Source: Thraustochytrium aureum (Eukaryota). From it: DNA of 34,580 nt. Both the position numbers and the translations under genes were made by a program. How positions within the stretch are numbered: the first letter of the stretch is position 1; every line of letters starts with the position of its first letter. Shown in pieces: positions 1 through 9,107 of the stretch. The notes beneath the pieces are model-generated. The model had not been told where the DNA came from. It made no database searches and saw only the letters and a list, made by a program, of their open reading frames with translations. The stretch lies in contig BLSG01000208.1 of assembly GCA_012862495.1 (NCBI GenBank), positions 194,048-228,627 of the forward strand. Direction: 5' to 3'.

Positions 1-132
1 CGAAGATGACACTGAGGGCGCACGAGGGGCGTCCTGAGAGCGCACGAGGGACGCGTTGAGATAGCACGAGGGGCGTTCTGAGAGCGCACGAAGATCGTAC
101 TGAGGTAGCCCGGAGGTCGTACTGAGAGCGCG
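1..132. repeat. Degenerate 22-bp minisatellite, 6 units (may continue left of the window)
   Basis: Units start at 1, 23, 45, 67, 89 and 111, e.g. cgaggggcgtcctgagagcgca, cgaggggcgttctgagagcgca, cggaggtcgtactgagagcgcg. Confidence 0.85.
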
Positions 133-350
133 CGGGGTTAGGGTTCGTCGTGCGGTCCTCTGTTTCTTGCGCAGTGCGTGCGTGGTGGTTTTGGCAGGGG
201 CGCCAGAGGAACCATCGAGGGCACGTCGGCGCCTGTTGGGTGAGCGGGCGCGCAGCAGGGAGCAGGCGGGCAAGCGGGCAGAGCCTGAGCAGGAGTGGAC
301 GGGGCGGGCGCGAGCGATCGGATTTGTCGGAGCGGTGCAGCGCGAGCAAG

Positions 351-948
351 ATGGCCAACCTACGGTGAGTGCGCGGCGGGAGGGCGGTTGGGCGCGCGGG
401 CCGGCCGCCGTCGTGGCGGAGGCGGGCGGGATGTGAAGGGGATGTGAAGGGATGGGAGGCCGGGATGCGGTGCTCGGGAGGTCGGGTGGATGGGGTTGCT
501 GCGGCGTGGAACGTGGCGCTGACTGGGCGGCGGGCTGGGGATTGATGTGGATGCGCAGCCCCTCGTCAAGCGGACGATTATCAAGAAGAAGACCAAGAAG
601 ATCAAGCGATGGCAGTCGGACCGGTTCATGCGCGTGGGCGAGTCGTGGCGCGCCCCCCGCGGCATTGACGGGCGGTTCCGCCGCCGTTTCAAGGGCACCG
701 GGCCGCACCCGAAGATCGGGTATGGCTCGAACAAGAAGACCCGCGACCTGCTCCCGAACGGTTTCTACAAGTTTACGGTCAAGAACGTCAGCGATGTCGA
801 GCTCCTGCTCATGCACAACCGCGTGTACTGCGCTGAGATCGCGCACAACGTGGCCACCCGCAAGCGCAAGGCCATCCTCGAGCGCGCCGAGCAGCTCAAC
901 GTGCGTGTGATTAACGGCAAGGCCAAGCTCAGGGAGGAGGAGCAGTGA
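351..948 (+). CDS. RPL32: 60S ribosomal protein L32 (eL32), two exons (351-364 and 559-948)
   Basis: Exon 2 encodes [62 protein letters not shown], typical eL32. ATG GCC AAC CTA CG followed by GTGAGT gives MANLR-PLVK, matching the eL32 N-terminus. The join is 1 nt short, probably an assembly error. Confidence 0.97.
365..558 (+). other. Spliceosomal intron of RPL32
   Basis: GTGAGT donor at 365, a CTGAC branch-point-like site near 519, and a GCGCAG acceptor ending at 558. Confidence 0.85.
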
Positions 949-1154
949 TCGGTCGATTGAAAAACCTGAAGCAAAGCTTTGCTTTCGTATTTTCGTTGAT
1001 TTGTTTCTTTTGCGGTTGGCGGTAGCATGGGTGTACTCCGTTGCCACACGTTCACCCCAGCTCTCGCGCTTTCCTGGTGCGCGGTCGCGCGACCAGGCGG
1101 GCAAGCAACTTGGCCAAGCAACAAAAAAAAGGGGCGCTAAACTGGCAACGCTGA

Positions 1155-2030
1155 TTAGTCTTCCTCCTCCCCGTCGTCGTCGTCCTCGTCTCCCTCGGAC
1201 GAGTCCAAGTCGTCGAGGTCGTCCAGGTCCTCCTCGTCCTCGAGGAAGAGGTCCTCCTGGATCTCCGTGTCCCACTCCTCCACCGCACCGGCGCCGGCCT
1301 CGCCCTCGCCAGCCGGCCCTGCGTTGAGCTTTTCCTGCGCCTTGAGCTCAAAGTATTCGCGCCCGGTGAGGTGCGCGTCCGCCGCAAGCCCCTTGCTACT
1401 GGTGCGACCCGGTCCGGCCTCGGCCTCCTCTTTGGCGCGCAGCTCCTCGACAAACTTGGCATGCCACTCGAGAAAGTTCTCGCGCGTCACTGCCGTGCCG
1501 GTAATCTCGCGCTTCACGTCGGCTGCGTCCTCTGACTCGCCGTTGTCCTCTCGCTCGATGCGGCGCGAGCGCTCCTCGGCCTCCTTCTTGGCGAGCTTCT
1601 CGCGCTCCTCGGCCTCGGCCTTGGCGAGCATTTGGGCGTGCATGGACTCGTCGGTGTGGTCGCGATTGTTCTCTACGAGCCACTCCTTGAGAGACTCTGC
1701 GAGGGTGAAGATCATCTGTTGCCCGATCAGGTCTTGCGCCTCCTCGTTGCATTTTGCGACGAGCTCTTCGCACTGCTTGTCTGTGAGGCCCATCTCGGCG
1801 GCGATGGTCACCTCGGGGACCGCATCAAAGTAGTTGGCGGGAAGCTTAAAGCTAGCGAGGATGGCCACCTTGTTCTCTGCAGCTGACTCCTCGCCTGGTA
1901 TCGGCACGAGCCGGAGCCGGAACGTGCGGCTCCCGGGCGTGCCGTCCACGAGCTCGTAGTCTTCCAAGTAGATCGCTTCGAGCGCCTCGAGCTCGAGCGC
2001 CTGCTCCTCCTCGTAGTCCACGTCCCCCAT
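1155..2030 (-). CDS. RWDD1: RWD domain-containing protein (RWDD1/Gir2/DFRP2-like), 291 aa
   Basis: From the ATG at 2030: EEQALELEALEAIY..FKLPANYFDAVP..GQQMIFTLAESLKEWL (RWD domain), then GTAVTRENFLEWHAKF and LTGREYFE (DFRP C-terminal motifs) and an acidic tail. The longer ORF extension upstream is repeat-derived. Confidence 0.9.
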   Translation of the reverse strand: MGDVDYEEEQALELEALEAIYLEDYELVDGTPGSRTFRLRLVPIPGEESAAENKVAILASFKLPANYFDAVPEVTIAAEMGLTDKQCEELVAKCNEEAQDLIGQQMIFTLAESLKEWLVENNRDHTDESMHAQMLAKAEAEEREKLAKKEAEERSRRIEREDNGESEDAADVKREITGTAVTRENFLEWHAKFVEELRAKEEAEAGPGRTSSKGLAADAHLTGREYFELKAQEKLNAGPAGEGEAGAGAVEEWDTEIQEDLFLEDEEDLDDLDDLDSSEGDEDDDDGEEED

Positions 2031-2043
2031 CGTCGCTCGCAGG

Positions 2044-2139
2044 CTGCGCAAAGCCTCGCGGCGCAAAGCCTCGCTGCGCAAAGCCTCGCGGCGCAAAGCC
2101 TCGCTGCGCAAAGCCTCGCGGCGCAACGCCTCGCTGCGC
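2044..2139. repeat. 15-bp tandem repeat c(t/g)gcgcaaagcctcg, about 6.4 units with alternating variants
   Basis: Units at 2044, 2059, 2074, 2089, 2104 and 2119, just upstream of the RWD gene ATG. Confidence 0.9.
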
Positions 2140-2722
2140 GGCCCGCCGCCGGCCCAGGCGCGGCCGCCCTCGCTGCTCTCGCCTCGGATATGTAGGGCAC
2201 AAGCAGCGCGGACGCGCGAACCGCCGCAGAGGCCTTCGCGCCGGCGCAGGGCGAGGCCCCTCGCGCACCGGGCCCTCGCAGGCGGGTCCTTTGCTGGCTC
2301 GCTCCTTCGCCGAGCGCTCGCTGCCGCCGTGCTCGCCGCGCGTATCGCGTCTGGGGCGCCAAGGCGCTGGTTGTCGCCAGCCCGCTCGTCACTTAGGCCT
2401 CCTTGAGACGTGATTTCACGTCGCGCACGGGTAGTCGAATGTGACGCCGGGCGCGTCGAGGCCAGGCGGCCAGGCCAGTCCGCGTCAACGCGCTCGCGTG
2501 GCCCGAAGAGACGCCAAGCCGGTCGAACAAACTCTGGACAAGCGCACGCGTAGGTAGTTGAATTTGGATTGATTGCACCCCTTGGTAGAGTAGAGTAAGT
2601 AGTTGAATACCCATGGATTGATTTGGTTGCGATCAACGATAGGAAGAGCAGGCCCTCTTGATCAAGACACGCTTGACAGCGGCAATATGCCGTCAGCGGC
2701 GCTGCAGGACAACGCGCCTCGC

Positions 2723-4642
2723 TCACGGCTCGACCGTGCCAGCGGAGGCCGCAGATTCGCCAACAAACTTTGGCAGCAAGAACATGAAGACGAAGAAGCC
2801 GACAGCGAAGAAGCCGAGCGAAATGCCAGCCTTGGCTGCAGCCGTGAGCTCGCTGTCCGCGCTAGACGCGGGCTCCTCCTCCGGCTTTTCGTCCACCTTG
2901 GTCTGGTCTGGGTACTCGCCGCACAGGTCGAGGTCGGCGGCCTCGTTGTCACCGATCTGGATGGTCTTGATCTCAAAGACGGTGATCGTGGAGCTCACCG
3001 AGCCACTGGCGATCAGCAGCGGCTTGCCCGTGGGCGACTTGGCGGCCGTGACGGTCTGCATCGCCTCGGGGTCGAGCATCTCCGAGACCTGGCCTACCGA
3101 GCAGTTGCTCACAACCGCCTTGAGGGAATGGAAGACCGGCTTGGTGATGTCCTTGATATCATAGACCGCAATGAGGCCCGGGCGTTCGAGCCCGACGAAG
3201 AGTAGCGTCAGGTCGCCCTCCTTGAACACAGCGAGCGACTCCGGCTCCGGGCCTTTCTTGGTCGAACGAGCCTCCACGCCCAGCACGCCGTCGTCAAGGC
3301 CGAAGAAGATGGGGCCGTACTTTTTGATGGACTGCTCAAACTGGTCGCCCGAGTCGTACACGAGCGAGCCGTCGACGGGGTCAAACACGGAGAACGACCG
3401 AGCACCGTGCGCGTAAAAGCCAAGGAACGCATCGGTGGCAGAGTCGTAGCCCTGCAGGTCGGATACCTTGAAATCGAGCAACTCGGCAGGAACCGGCGAG
3501 TCGAGGATCGCGCTCGAGTTGGGCGCGTCCTCCAGGAGATCAGCGATTGAGTCGTCGTCCTCGGTCTTGATCTCCTTGACGTTGTTCGCCTTGTCCTCCT
3601 CGAGAAGGGGGACGTGCTGGTCGCCCTCGTTGGCAGTGATGATGTACGTCTTGCCGTTCTGCACGATCGCCTTGATGGCGTCGGGCTGGTACATGCCGTA
3701 AAGCCCAGTGTAGGTCTTGATATTGACGGCGTCGTCGTTGGCGATGTCGAGCCCGTTGCCTTCAAGGCCGTGGTTCTTCCAGCCGAGCGGAATGATTTTG
3801 CTCGGCTGGGCGTCGAGCGGGTGGGACCCGTCTTCCTTGCCCTTGAACACCATGATCAAGTTGGACTCCTGGCAGACGACGTAAACCTCGTACATCCCGT
3901 CCGAGCCCGCCGGCCCGTAGGTGATGTACTCGGGCTCCATGTAGAGGTTGATCGCGTTGTCCGCGTTGCCGTTGTGGGCCTTGCTCTCCAGGGCCGTCAC
4001 AGCGGCGGGCTCCAGGTTTTCCAGGCTGAAGGTGGTCCTCGTGTAGGTCGAGGGGTCGCTAAAGTTGGACGCGCAGATCTGCGTCACGCCGCCGTAAACT
4101 TCCACGTTGTTGTCGGGCTCGCCCTCGTCTGCGCTGTAGGCGCAGGATTGGCCCGGGCCAAAAGAGACGTGATCAGGGAGGGGGCCGGTCACGACAGTGC
4201 CGAGGACCTCAAAGGGCGGCAGCGGGTTGGCGAAGACCACCGTGCCAGGCTCCGTTTGCGTGTTGTTGGCAACGGCGATCGCCATCACGTTGTCACGCGT
4301 GTTGAAGGCCACAGAGTTGGGAACGCCGTCAAATTCGAGCGAGCCCAGCTTTTCCACGCCGCCAGTGGAGTTCAACTTCCAAACATCGAGGGTCTTCTCC
4401 TCGCTGTTGACCACGAGCAAGTTGGAGTTGGTCTCGTCCATCACGAAAAACTCGGCGAGGCCTTCAGCATTCGAATCGGCGTTGACCTTGGTGTGGCTCA
4501 AGACTTCGAGGACCACACGGGTCTTGCCCGCTTCGGCGCGCGGGAAAGCGGCGGAGGGTACGCTCGGGGTCGTCACCTGGACAGCCGCGCTCGCGAGGCC
4601 AGCGAGGCCGGCCAGGACCAGGGCCTTGGAAAAGCACGTCAT
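2723..4642 (-). CDS. Choice-of-anchor I / Msp130-like beta-propeller (alkaline-phosphatase-associated family) with signal peptide and C-terminal TM helix, 639 aa
   Basis: Signal peptide MTCFSKALVLAGLAGLASA. Family motifs GPLPDHVSF, ADEGEP, MEPEYIT, YGMYQPDAI, YIITANEGD, GARSFSVFD, VYDSGDQFE, RSTKKGPEPESL and FVGLER. TM segment GISLGFFAVGFFVFMFLL. Confidence 0.85.
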   Translation of the reverse strand: MTCFSKALVLAGLAGLASAAVQVTTPSVPSAAFPRAEAGKTRVVLEVLSHTKVNADSNAEGLAEFFVMDETNSNLLVVNSEEKTLDVWKLNSTGGVEKLGSLEFDGVPNSVAFNTRDNVMAIAVANNTQTEPGTVVFANPLPPFEVLGTVVTGPLPDHVSFGPGQSCAYSADEGEPDNNVEVYGGVTQICASNFSDPSTYTRTTFSLENLEPAAVTALESKAHNGNADNAINLYMEPEYITYGPAGSDGMYEVYVVCQESNLIMVFKGKEDGSHPLDAQPSKIIPLGWKNHGLEGNGLDIANDDAVNIKTYTGLYGMYQPDAIKAIVQNGKTYIITANEGDQHVPLLEEDKANNVKEIKTEDDDSIADLLEDAPNSSAILDSPVPAELLDFKVSDLQGYDSATDAFLGFYAHGARSFSVFDPVDGSLVYDSGDQFEQSIKKYGPIFFGLDDGVLGVEARSTKKGPEPESLAVFKEGDLTLLFVGLERPGLIAVYDIKDITKPVFHSLKAVVSNCSVGQVSEMLDPEAMQTVTAAKSPTGKPLLIASGSVSSTITVFEIKTIQIGDNEAADLDLCGEYPDQTKVDEKPEEEPASSADSELTAAAKAGISLGFFAVGFFVFMFLLPKFVGESAASAGTVEP

Positions 4643-5863
4643 CTTTTGAAGTCTCTTGCGCTCCGGTGGATTTGTTCGGTGGCTGCAGGTTTTTGTCAGC
4701 AGGTTTCGGGACTGCAGACAACTCGAAGGCAAGTAAGTACTCACTATACTGGCGGTACTACCCAAGTACTGCTGTACATGCCAGAGAGCACAACGCGCCA
4801 GAGGCCAAGAGTGCAAGGGAAAAGGGAGCCCAAAAACATGACACGCCGCCAGGGTGAGCTCGGCCGGAATCAAGAACATCACCGGTATTCTCCGTACCAG
4901 TGCACGCGCCGTGCAGAAAGCCAAACTGGGGTCGCAACCGCGCGATTCGCCCGCGCATCTTGTCCTTTCTCGTGACGACAACAGGCGACAAGATTCGCGG
5001 CAGGCTTGCTCGCCTTCCTTCTTTTATGAAGGAAAGCGCTCGCCAGCCAGTCAACGGAGCTTCCACTTCGTGCTCGCCTGTCCATCCCTGCGATACACTG
5101 GCAGGTACAAAACAGAGGCAAAACAAATCTTGGCCTTTCATCCACTCGGGAGCGCCACTCAATCAATTGCCTGGCCACGGCCATCCGAACTGCTCGCTCA
5201 CCAGCGATGCGTCGCCAGCCGCCCGCGCGAAAACAATGACAATCACACGCACGCACAAACGAACGGCCTCGGTGCCTGCTCCTGCGAGCCGCGTGCGTCT
5301 TCGACTGCTCCACCACAAAAGGCAGGGAAAGACTTGCAAGCGCGCCCAAGTCAGTCCTCCTGCGCGCTGCATGCCGCAGGCTTGCACTCCACACCAGCGA
5401 ATCGAGTTGTTCAAGTTGGCCTTCCTCATCACAACAGCAAAGCCGTCGGCGTTGTTTTCGTTTCGCCTGGCCGTGGCTGCGCGACCACCACTGTGTGCGG
5501 CCTTGCCGAGAGCGCTTCGCGGCGCTTCAAAGCGCGCGAGCCGTCGAACGACCTGAAGTTGCAACGCGGATCCCATTGGCGGGTGGAAAGGCTCGAGCCG
5601 GCCAGATTCAACACACTGAGCTCGTTGAATCTGTTGTGGCAGCCTGTCTTGATTGAAATCAATCAAGAACGATGACCTGGGTGTGCCAAGCCGACACAAA
5701 TCGACACGCGCAAGGTCCTGCTCACTTGTTCTTCTGCGAGACCTCCATGCCGGTAGGTCCGTTGCGAGGTCCAAATGCGCCTTGTCGAGGCCTGACGCCC
5801 AGTGTGGCGCGGCAGAGCGCGAAGCTGCCGTAGCGGGCGCTCCGGGGGCTTGCGCCGAAGGAG

Positions 5864-7003
5864 ATGGACCCTGTCCGAGACAAGTTCTCACGGTGCCTTC
5901 GGTGCGAGTACTACGTCTGCGTGTGCCAGGACGGCGCGAAAGGTGGGCAAGCGAAGAAGAGCGGCCACAGCAGAAAGTGCCCCCCGCCAGCTGTCGTCAA
6001 CCACGTGCACGTGCTGAGTACGCGGCGCCCGCTTCGCGATGATTATTTTGAACCCGGGAGAGCGCTGCGATCGGCGCCATGGTTCACGGAACGGGTTGCA
6101 CGCTTGAAGGGGTCGACCTGCGTGTTTGTTGTCAAGCGGCTCTCGCTGTCGATTGCGCAGTTCCGCCGCCACGTGCAGCGGGAGCAGGCCGCGCTGGCAA
6201 GGCTTAGCGTAGAGGAGGGCTCGCAGAGGATAGTGCGTTTGCTCGAGTATTTTGATGACGATGATGACGGACCAACCCGGAGCCCCTGCCTCGTCTTGGA
6301 GCACGTCGCTGGTGGGCCATTGCAAGAGGTAATTGCTCGAGCCGGCGTGCTCGCCCTTGAGGAGGTTCGATACTATGGCGCTCAAGCTGTTCTCGCTGTC
6401 CAGTTCATTCACAAGCACAGCGTAGTGCACCGCGACATCCATACAGGCAACCTTCTACTAGATCGCGACGGCCGGTGCAAGCTCGCCGGGTTCAGCGTTG
6501 CCGTGCAGCTCGGCCCCCGCGATCGAACGAGAACTTTGGTTGGGACGCTGCAGTATATGGCGCCAGAGGTTTTGCTCGGGTCTCGGGGCCCGGGCTCGGA
6601 CGGGTACGGCCGAGCTGTGGACTGGTGGTCGTTGGGCGCCAGCATGTACGAGATGGCCCAAGGCGTTGCCCCGTTCAGCACCCTGGACGTGATCCAGCTG
6701 GGTCAGCTTTTTGAGGACAGCATGGGCGGTAAGATACCTATCGAGAAACTTCGGCGGTGCGTGGACATTCGGGCCTGGGATGTTGTGGAGAGCCTCTTGG
6801 ACGGTGACGAGACCTCGCGAGCAACCTTCGCGGCTGAGATTCAGCGACACGAATTGTTTCGCTTTTATCAGCGCGAGCCATTCGAGTGGGACCGCGCCGG
6901 CGAGTACACGCCTCCACTCTTGCCGCCAGCCGATGGGCTGTACAGGCCCGCGGTTGACCTGTCGCCCGCTCGGTCGCTTCAGCGCGAAACGAAAACTGAG
7001 TAA
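5864..7003 (+). CDS. AGC-like Ser/Thr kinase-fold protein, probable pseudokinase, 379 aa
   Basis: VVK, alphaC Glu, CLVLEHVAGG, VVHRDIHTGN, TLVGTLQYMAPE and AVDWWSLG are present. DFG is replaced by GFS and there is no GxGxxG loop. Confidence 0.88.
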   Translation: MDPVRDKFSRCLRCEYYVCVCQDGAKGGQAKKSGHSRKCPPPAVVNHVHVLSTRRPLRDDYFEPGRALRSAPWFTERVARLKGSTCVFVVKRLSLSIAQFRRHVQREQAALARLSVEEGSQRIVRLLEYFDDDDDGPTRSPCLVLEHVAGGPLQEVIARAGVLALEEVRYYGAQAVLAVQFIHKHSVVHRDIHTGNLLLDRDGRCKLAGFSVAVQLGPRDRTRTLVGTLQYMAPEVLLGSRGPGSDGYGRAVDWWSLGASMYEMAQGVAPFSTLDVIQLGQLFEDSMGGKIPIEKLRRCVDIRAWDVVESLLDGDETSRATFAAEIQRHELFRFYQREPFEWDRAGEYTPPLLPPADGLYRPAVDLSPARSLQRETKTE

Positions 7004-7199
7004 GACGGCGTTCAGCGAGGGGAACTACAAACAGAAACACGATTTCTTTCTCCCTTACTTGGAAACAAAAGATGGGATCTCTGGGCGACAGGGCGACGCT
7101 GCGACGGAGCGCCAGCACCACTCGTCGTCGCGCTGACAGGGCGCTGCGACGGAGCACCAGCACCATGCTGCATCGCCGACAGGTCGAGCCCAACCTCGG

Positions 7200-9107
7200 T
7201 CAGCCGTTGTGCGTCTCGGCAGACACATGCAGGGGGCCGCTCTCGAAGGGCTTGGTCAGCACGAGAAAACTGACTAGGTAGAGGGTCAGAAACGGTATCG
7301 AGACCGCGTACTGCTCGAGGATGGCGACCGCCATAGCGCGCCCTTGTGCCACGTCACCGTGCACAAGCAGCAGCATCACGACATTCTGCGCAGAGGGAAC
7401 GATCGCCTCCAGGAAAAGCACAAACGGCTCGAGGCCAAACTCGTCGAGCAGACCGTAAAACACGCAAAACCTGTACCAGGCAAAGCCGATCCCGCCCATG
7501 GTCGCGGAGCGCCCGAAAAGCAGAATGGCGCGCGACGCAGCGGAAAAGTGAAAGGTCTCGACAGTCCGAGGCACGCCCGCCTCCGCCTGATCTTGGCCGG
7601 TCGCCGAGACACCCGCGCGGCGCTCGGCAAGGCTCTCCATGATTCGGATCGTGCCTGCGCCAGAGAGCATGAGCATGCTTGCAGGTACCTGCATCTTGCC
7701 TGCTGTGGTGAGGGCGCCCGTGAGAGNNNNNNNNNNNNNNNNNNNNNNNNNNNNNNNNNNNNNNNNNNNNNNNNNNNNNNNNNNNNNNNNNNNNNNNNNN
7801 NNNNNNNNNNNNNNNNNNNNNNNNNNNNNNNNNNNNNNNNNNNNNNNNNNNNNNNNCATCTTGCCTGCTGTGGTGAGGGCGCCCGTGAGAGCGCGCAGCG
7901 GGGCCGCAGGGCCGAACAGGACGTCCTGGAGCGGTGGAATGAGAGCCACCACAAGGCCTGCGAGGGCGGCGATCAGTGGTGGGCTTGCCATGACGCGGCG
8001 AGCGACAAGCACGGCGGCCGCGAGCGTGCTCTGAAGCGTGGGCCCGCGCTCGATGAGGCTCGTAGAGCTCGAGCTCTTTGCCAAGTCGCGCTGCAAGTGC
8101 TGGCGGTACGCCTCGTCGTTGAACAGGTCGTCACGGTCGGCGTTGTTGAGCCCAGGCGCTTGCCACTGAGCGGGCTCGAACGCATCTGGCGCAACCAGTG
8201 CCTGAGAGTCTAGCGCTATTCTCGACATGACGCGCGTAATTTCCGAGCTCGAGAGCGCTGTCGCACGGCGAAGCGCGACGGTTGCGGATTGACTGCGGCG
8301 CCGCGGATGCGCTGGGCGCCTGCGGTTTGCCGCGTTTGCGGCGCCTCTTTCCTCGTCCGTCTCGCTGTCGTCCTCGGCGCTCTCCCGCAGGTCGGTCTCG
8401 GGGGCGTGGGAAAAGGTGGCATAGCTCGATCCAGATGCAGCAGGCTCCAAGAGTCCGCGCGCCGACGACGTGGTCCGCAAGTTGGCCTGGCCGAGCATGG
8501 GGGCTCGCTCTGGGAGCGGGTCCACGGGCGGGACTGGGATTCGGCCGCCCAGGAGTGTTGCTGGCGAGGACGGAAGCGGCGTGGGCGGCGCTGCGGCCGT
8601 CGCTGAAGGCGCCCGCAACAGCATCTCCCCCCACGAAAACATGATGAGGTTCTGGCCCACGATGAACAGCGCGATGTAAGATACAGCGACTCGCGTGTAG
8701 GCCTCCTTTTCCGCAGGGACCGCGGTGGCAGCGAGTGAGGCTATCAAGGCGATTGCCAGAGAGCCCGTGTTTCCGAACATGTTGGCCGCGATGACCGCGT
8801 TCACCTCGTGCCGGGGCACGTGCAGGATGACGCAAAGAAATTTCGCCACCAAGAACGCCGCCAGGATGAAGACCACCGCGGAGACGGGGAAGATCCACAG
8901 CCGCTCGAGGTCCCGCGGGTGCAGCGAGGCGCCGACATTGGTAAAGATCAGCGAGGGAAGCGCAACGTAGTAGGTGATCGCGCCCAGGTCGCTCACGCCC
9001 TTCTGGTCCAAATGGCCTCCGAACGTGAGCGCGGCGCCGATCAGCGTCAAGAACACGACTTGCAGGTTGGCCTCCAAGCACGCCGCGAGCGCATCTTCGA
9101 AGTCCAT
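7200..9107 (-). CDS. PIN-LIKES / auxin efflux carrier (Mem_trans) family membrane transporter, about 580 aa after gap closure
   Basis: Two hydrophobic bundles (LPSLIFTNVG, FGNTGSL; PPLIAALAGL, VPASMLMLSG, PSAQN) are separated by a long hydrophilic loop. The N-gap is flanked by a duplicated 35-mer. A branch point/poly-C/CAG signal at about 9127-9147 suggests an upstream exon. Confidence 0.85.
   Translation of the reverse strand: MDFEDALAACLEANLQVVFLTLIGAALTFGGHLDQKGVSDLGAITYYVALPSLIFTNVGASLHPRDLERLWIFPVSAVVFILAAFLVAKFLCVILHVPRHEVNAVIAANMFGNTGSLAIALIASLAATAVPAEKEAYTRVAVSYIALFIVGQNLIMFSWGEMLLRAPSATAAAPPTPLPSSPATLLGGRIPVPPVDPLPERAPMLGQANLRTTSSARGLLEPAASGSSYATFSHAPETDLRESAEDDSETDEERGAANAANRRRPAHPRRRSQSATVALRRATALSSSEITRVMSRIALDSQALVAPDAFEPAQWQAPGLNNADRDDLFNDEAYRQHLQRDLAKSSSSTSLIERGPTLQSTLAAAVLVARRVMASPPLIAALAGLVVALIPPLQDVLFGPAAPLRALTGALTTAGKMXXXXXXXXXXXXXXXXXXXXXXXXXXXXXXXXXXXXXXXXXXXXLTGALTTAGKMQVPASMLMLSGAGTIRIMESLAERRAGVSATGQDQAEAGVPRTVETFHFSAASRAILLFGRSATMGGIGFAWYRFCVFYGLLDEFGLEPFVLFLEAIVPSAQNVVMLLLVHGDVAQGRAMAVAILEQYAVSIPFLTLYLVSFLVLTKPFESGPLHVSAETHNG

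Noticed and set aside
1..132. Repeat array as a CRISPR array
   Set aside because: The units are contiguous and degenerate with no unique spacers, there are no cas genes, and the context is eukaryotic.
547..558. GTG start for RPL32 given in the ORF track
   Set aside because: It lies in the intron 3' end; the ATG at 351 gives the conserved N-terminus.
2031..2726. N-terminal extension of the 523-aa RWD ORF
   Set aside because: Non-ATG start, low-complexity and repeat-derived; the RWD domain begins right after the ATG at 2030.
3614..4975. Long antisense ORFs (also 18016-18867, 27862-28959, 1267-1833)
   Set aside because: These are shadow ORFs of GC-rich coding sequence on the opposite strand, with no motifs.
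4854..5891. Overlapping ORFs between the choice-of-anchor gene and the pseudokinase
   Set aside because: No recognisable domains or coding-like composition; likely a divergent promoter region.
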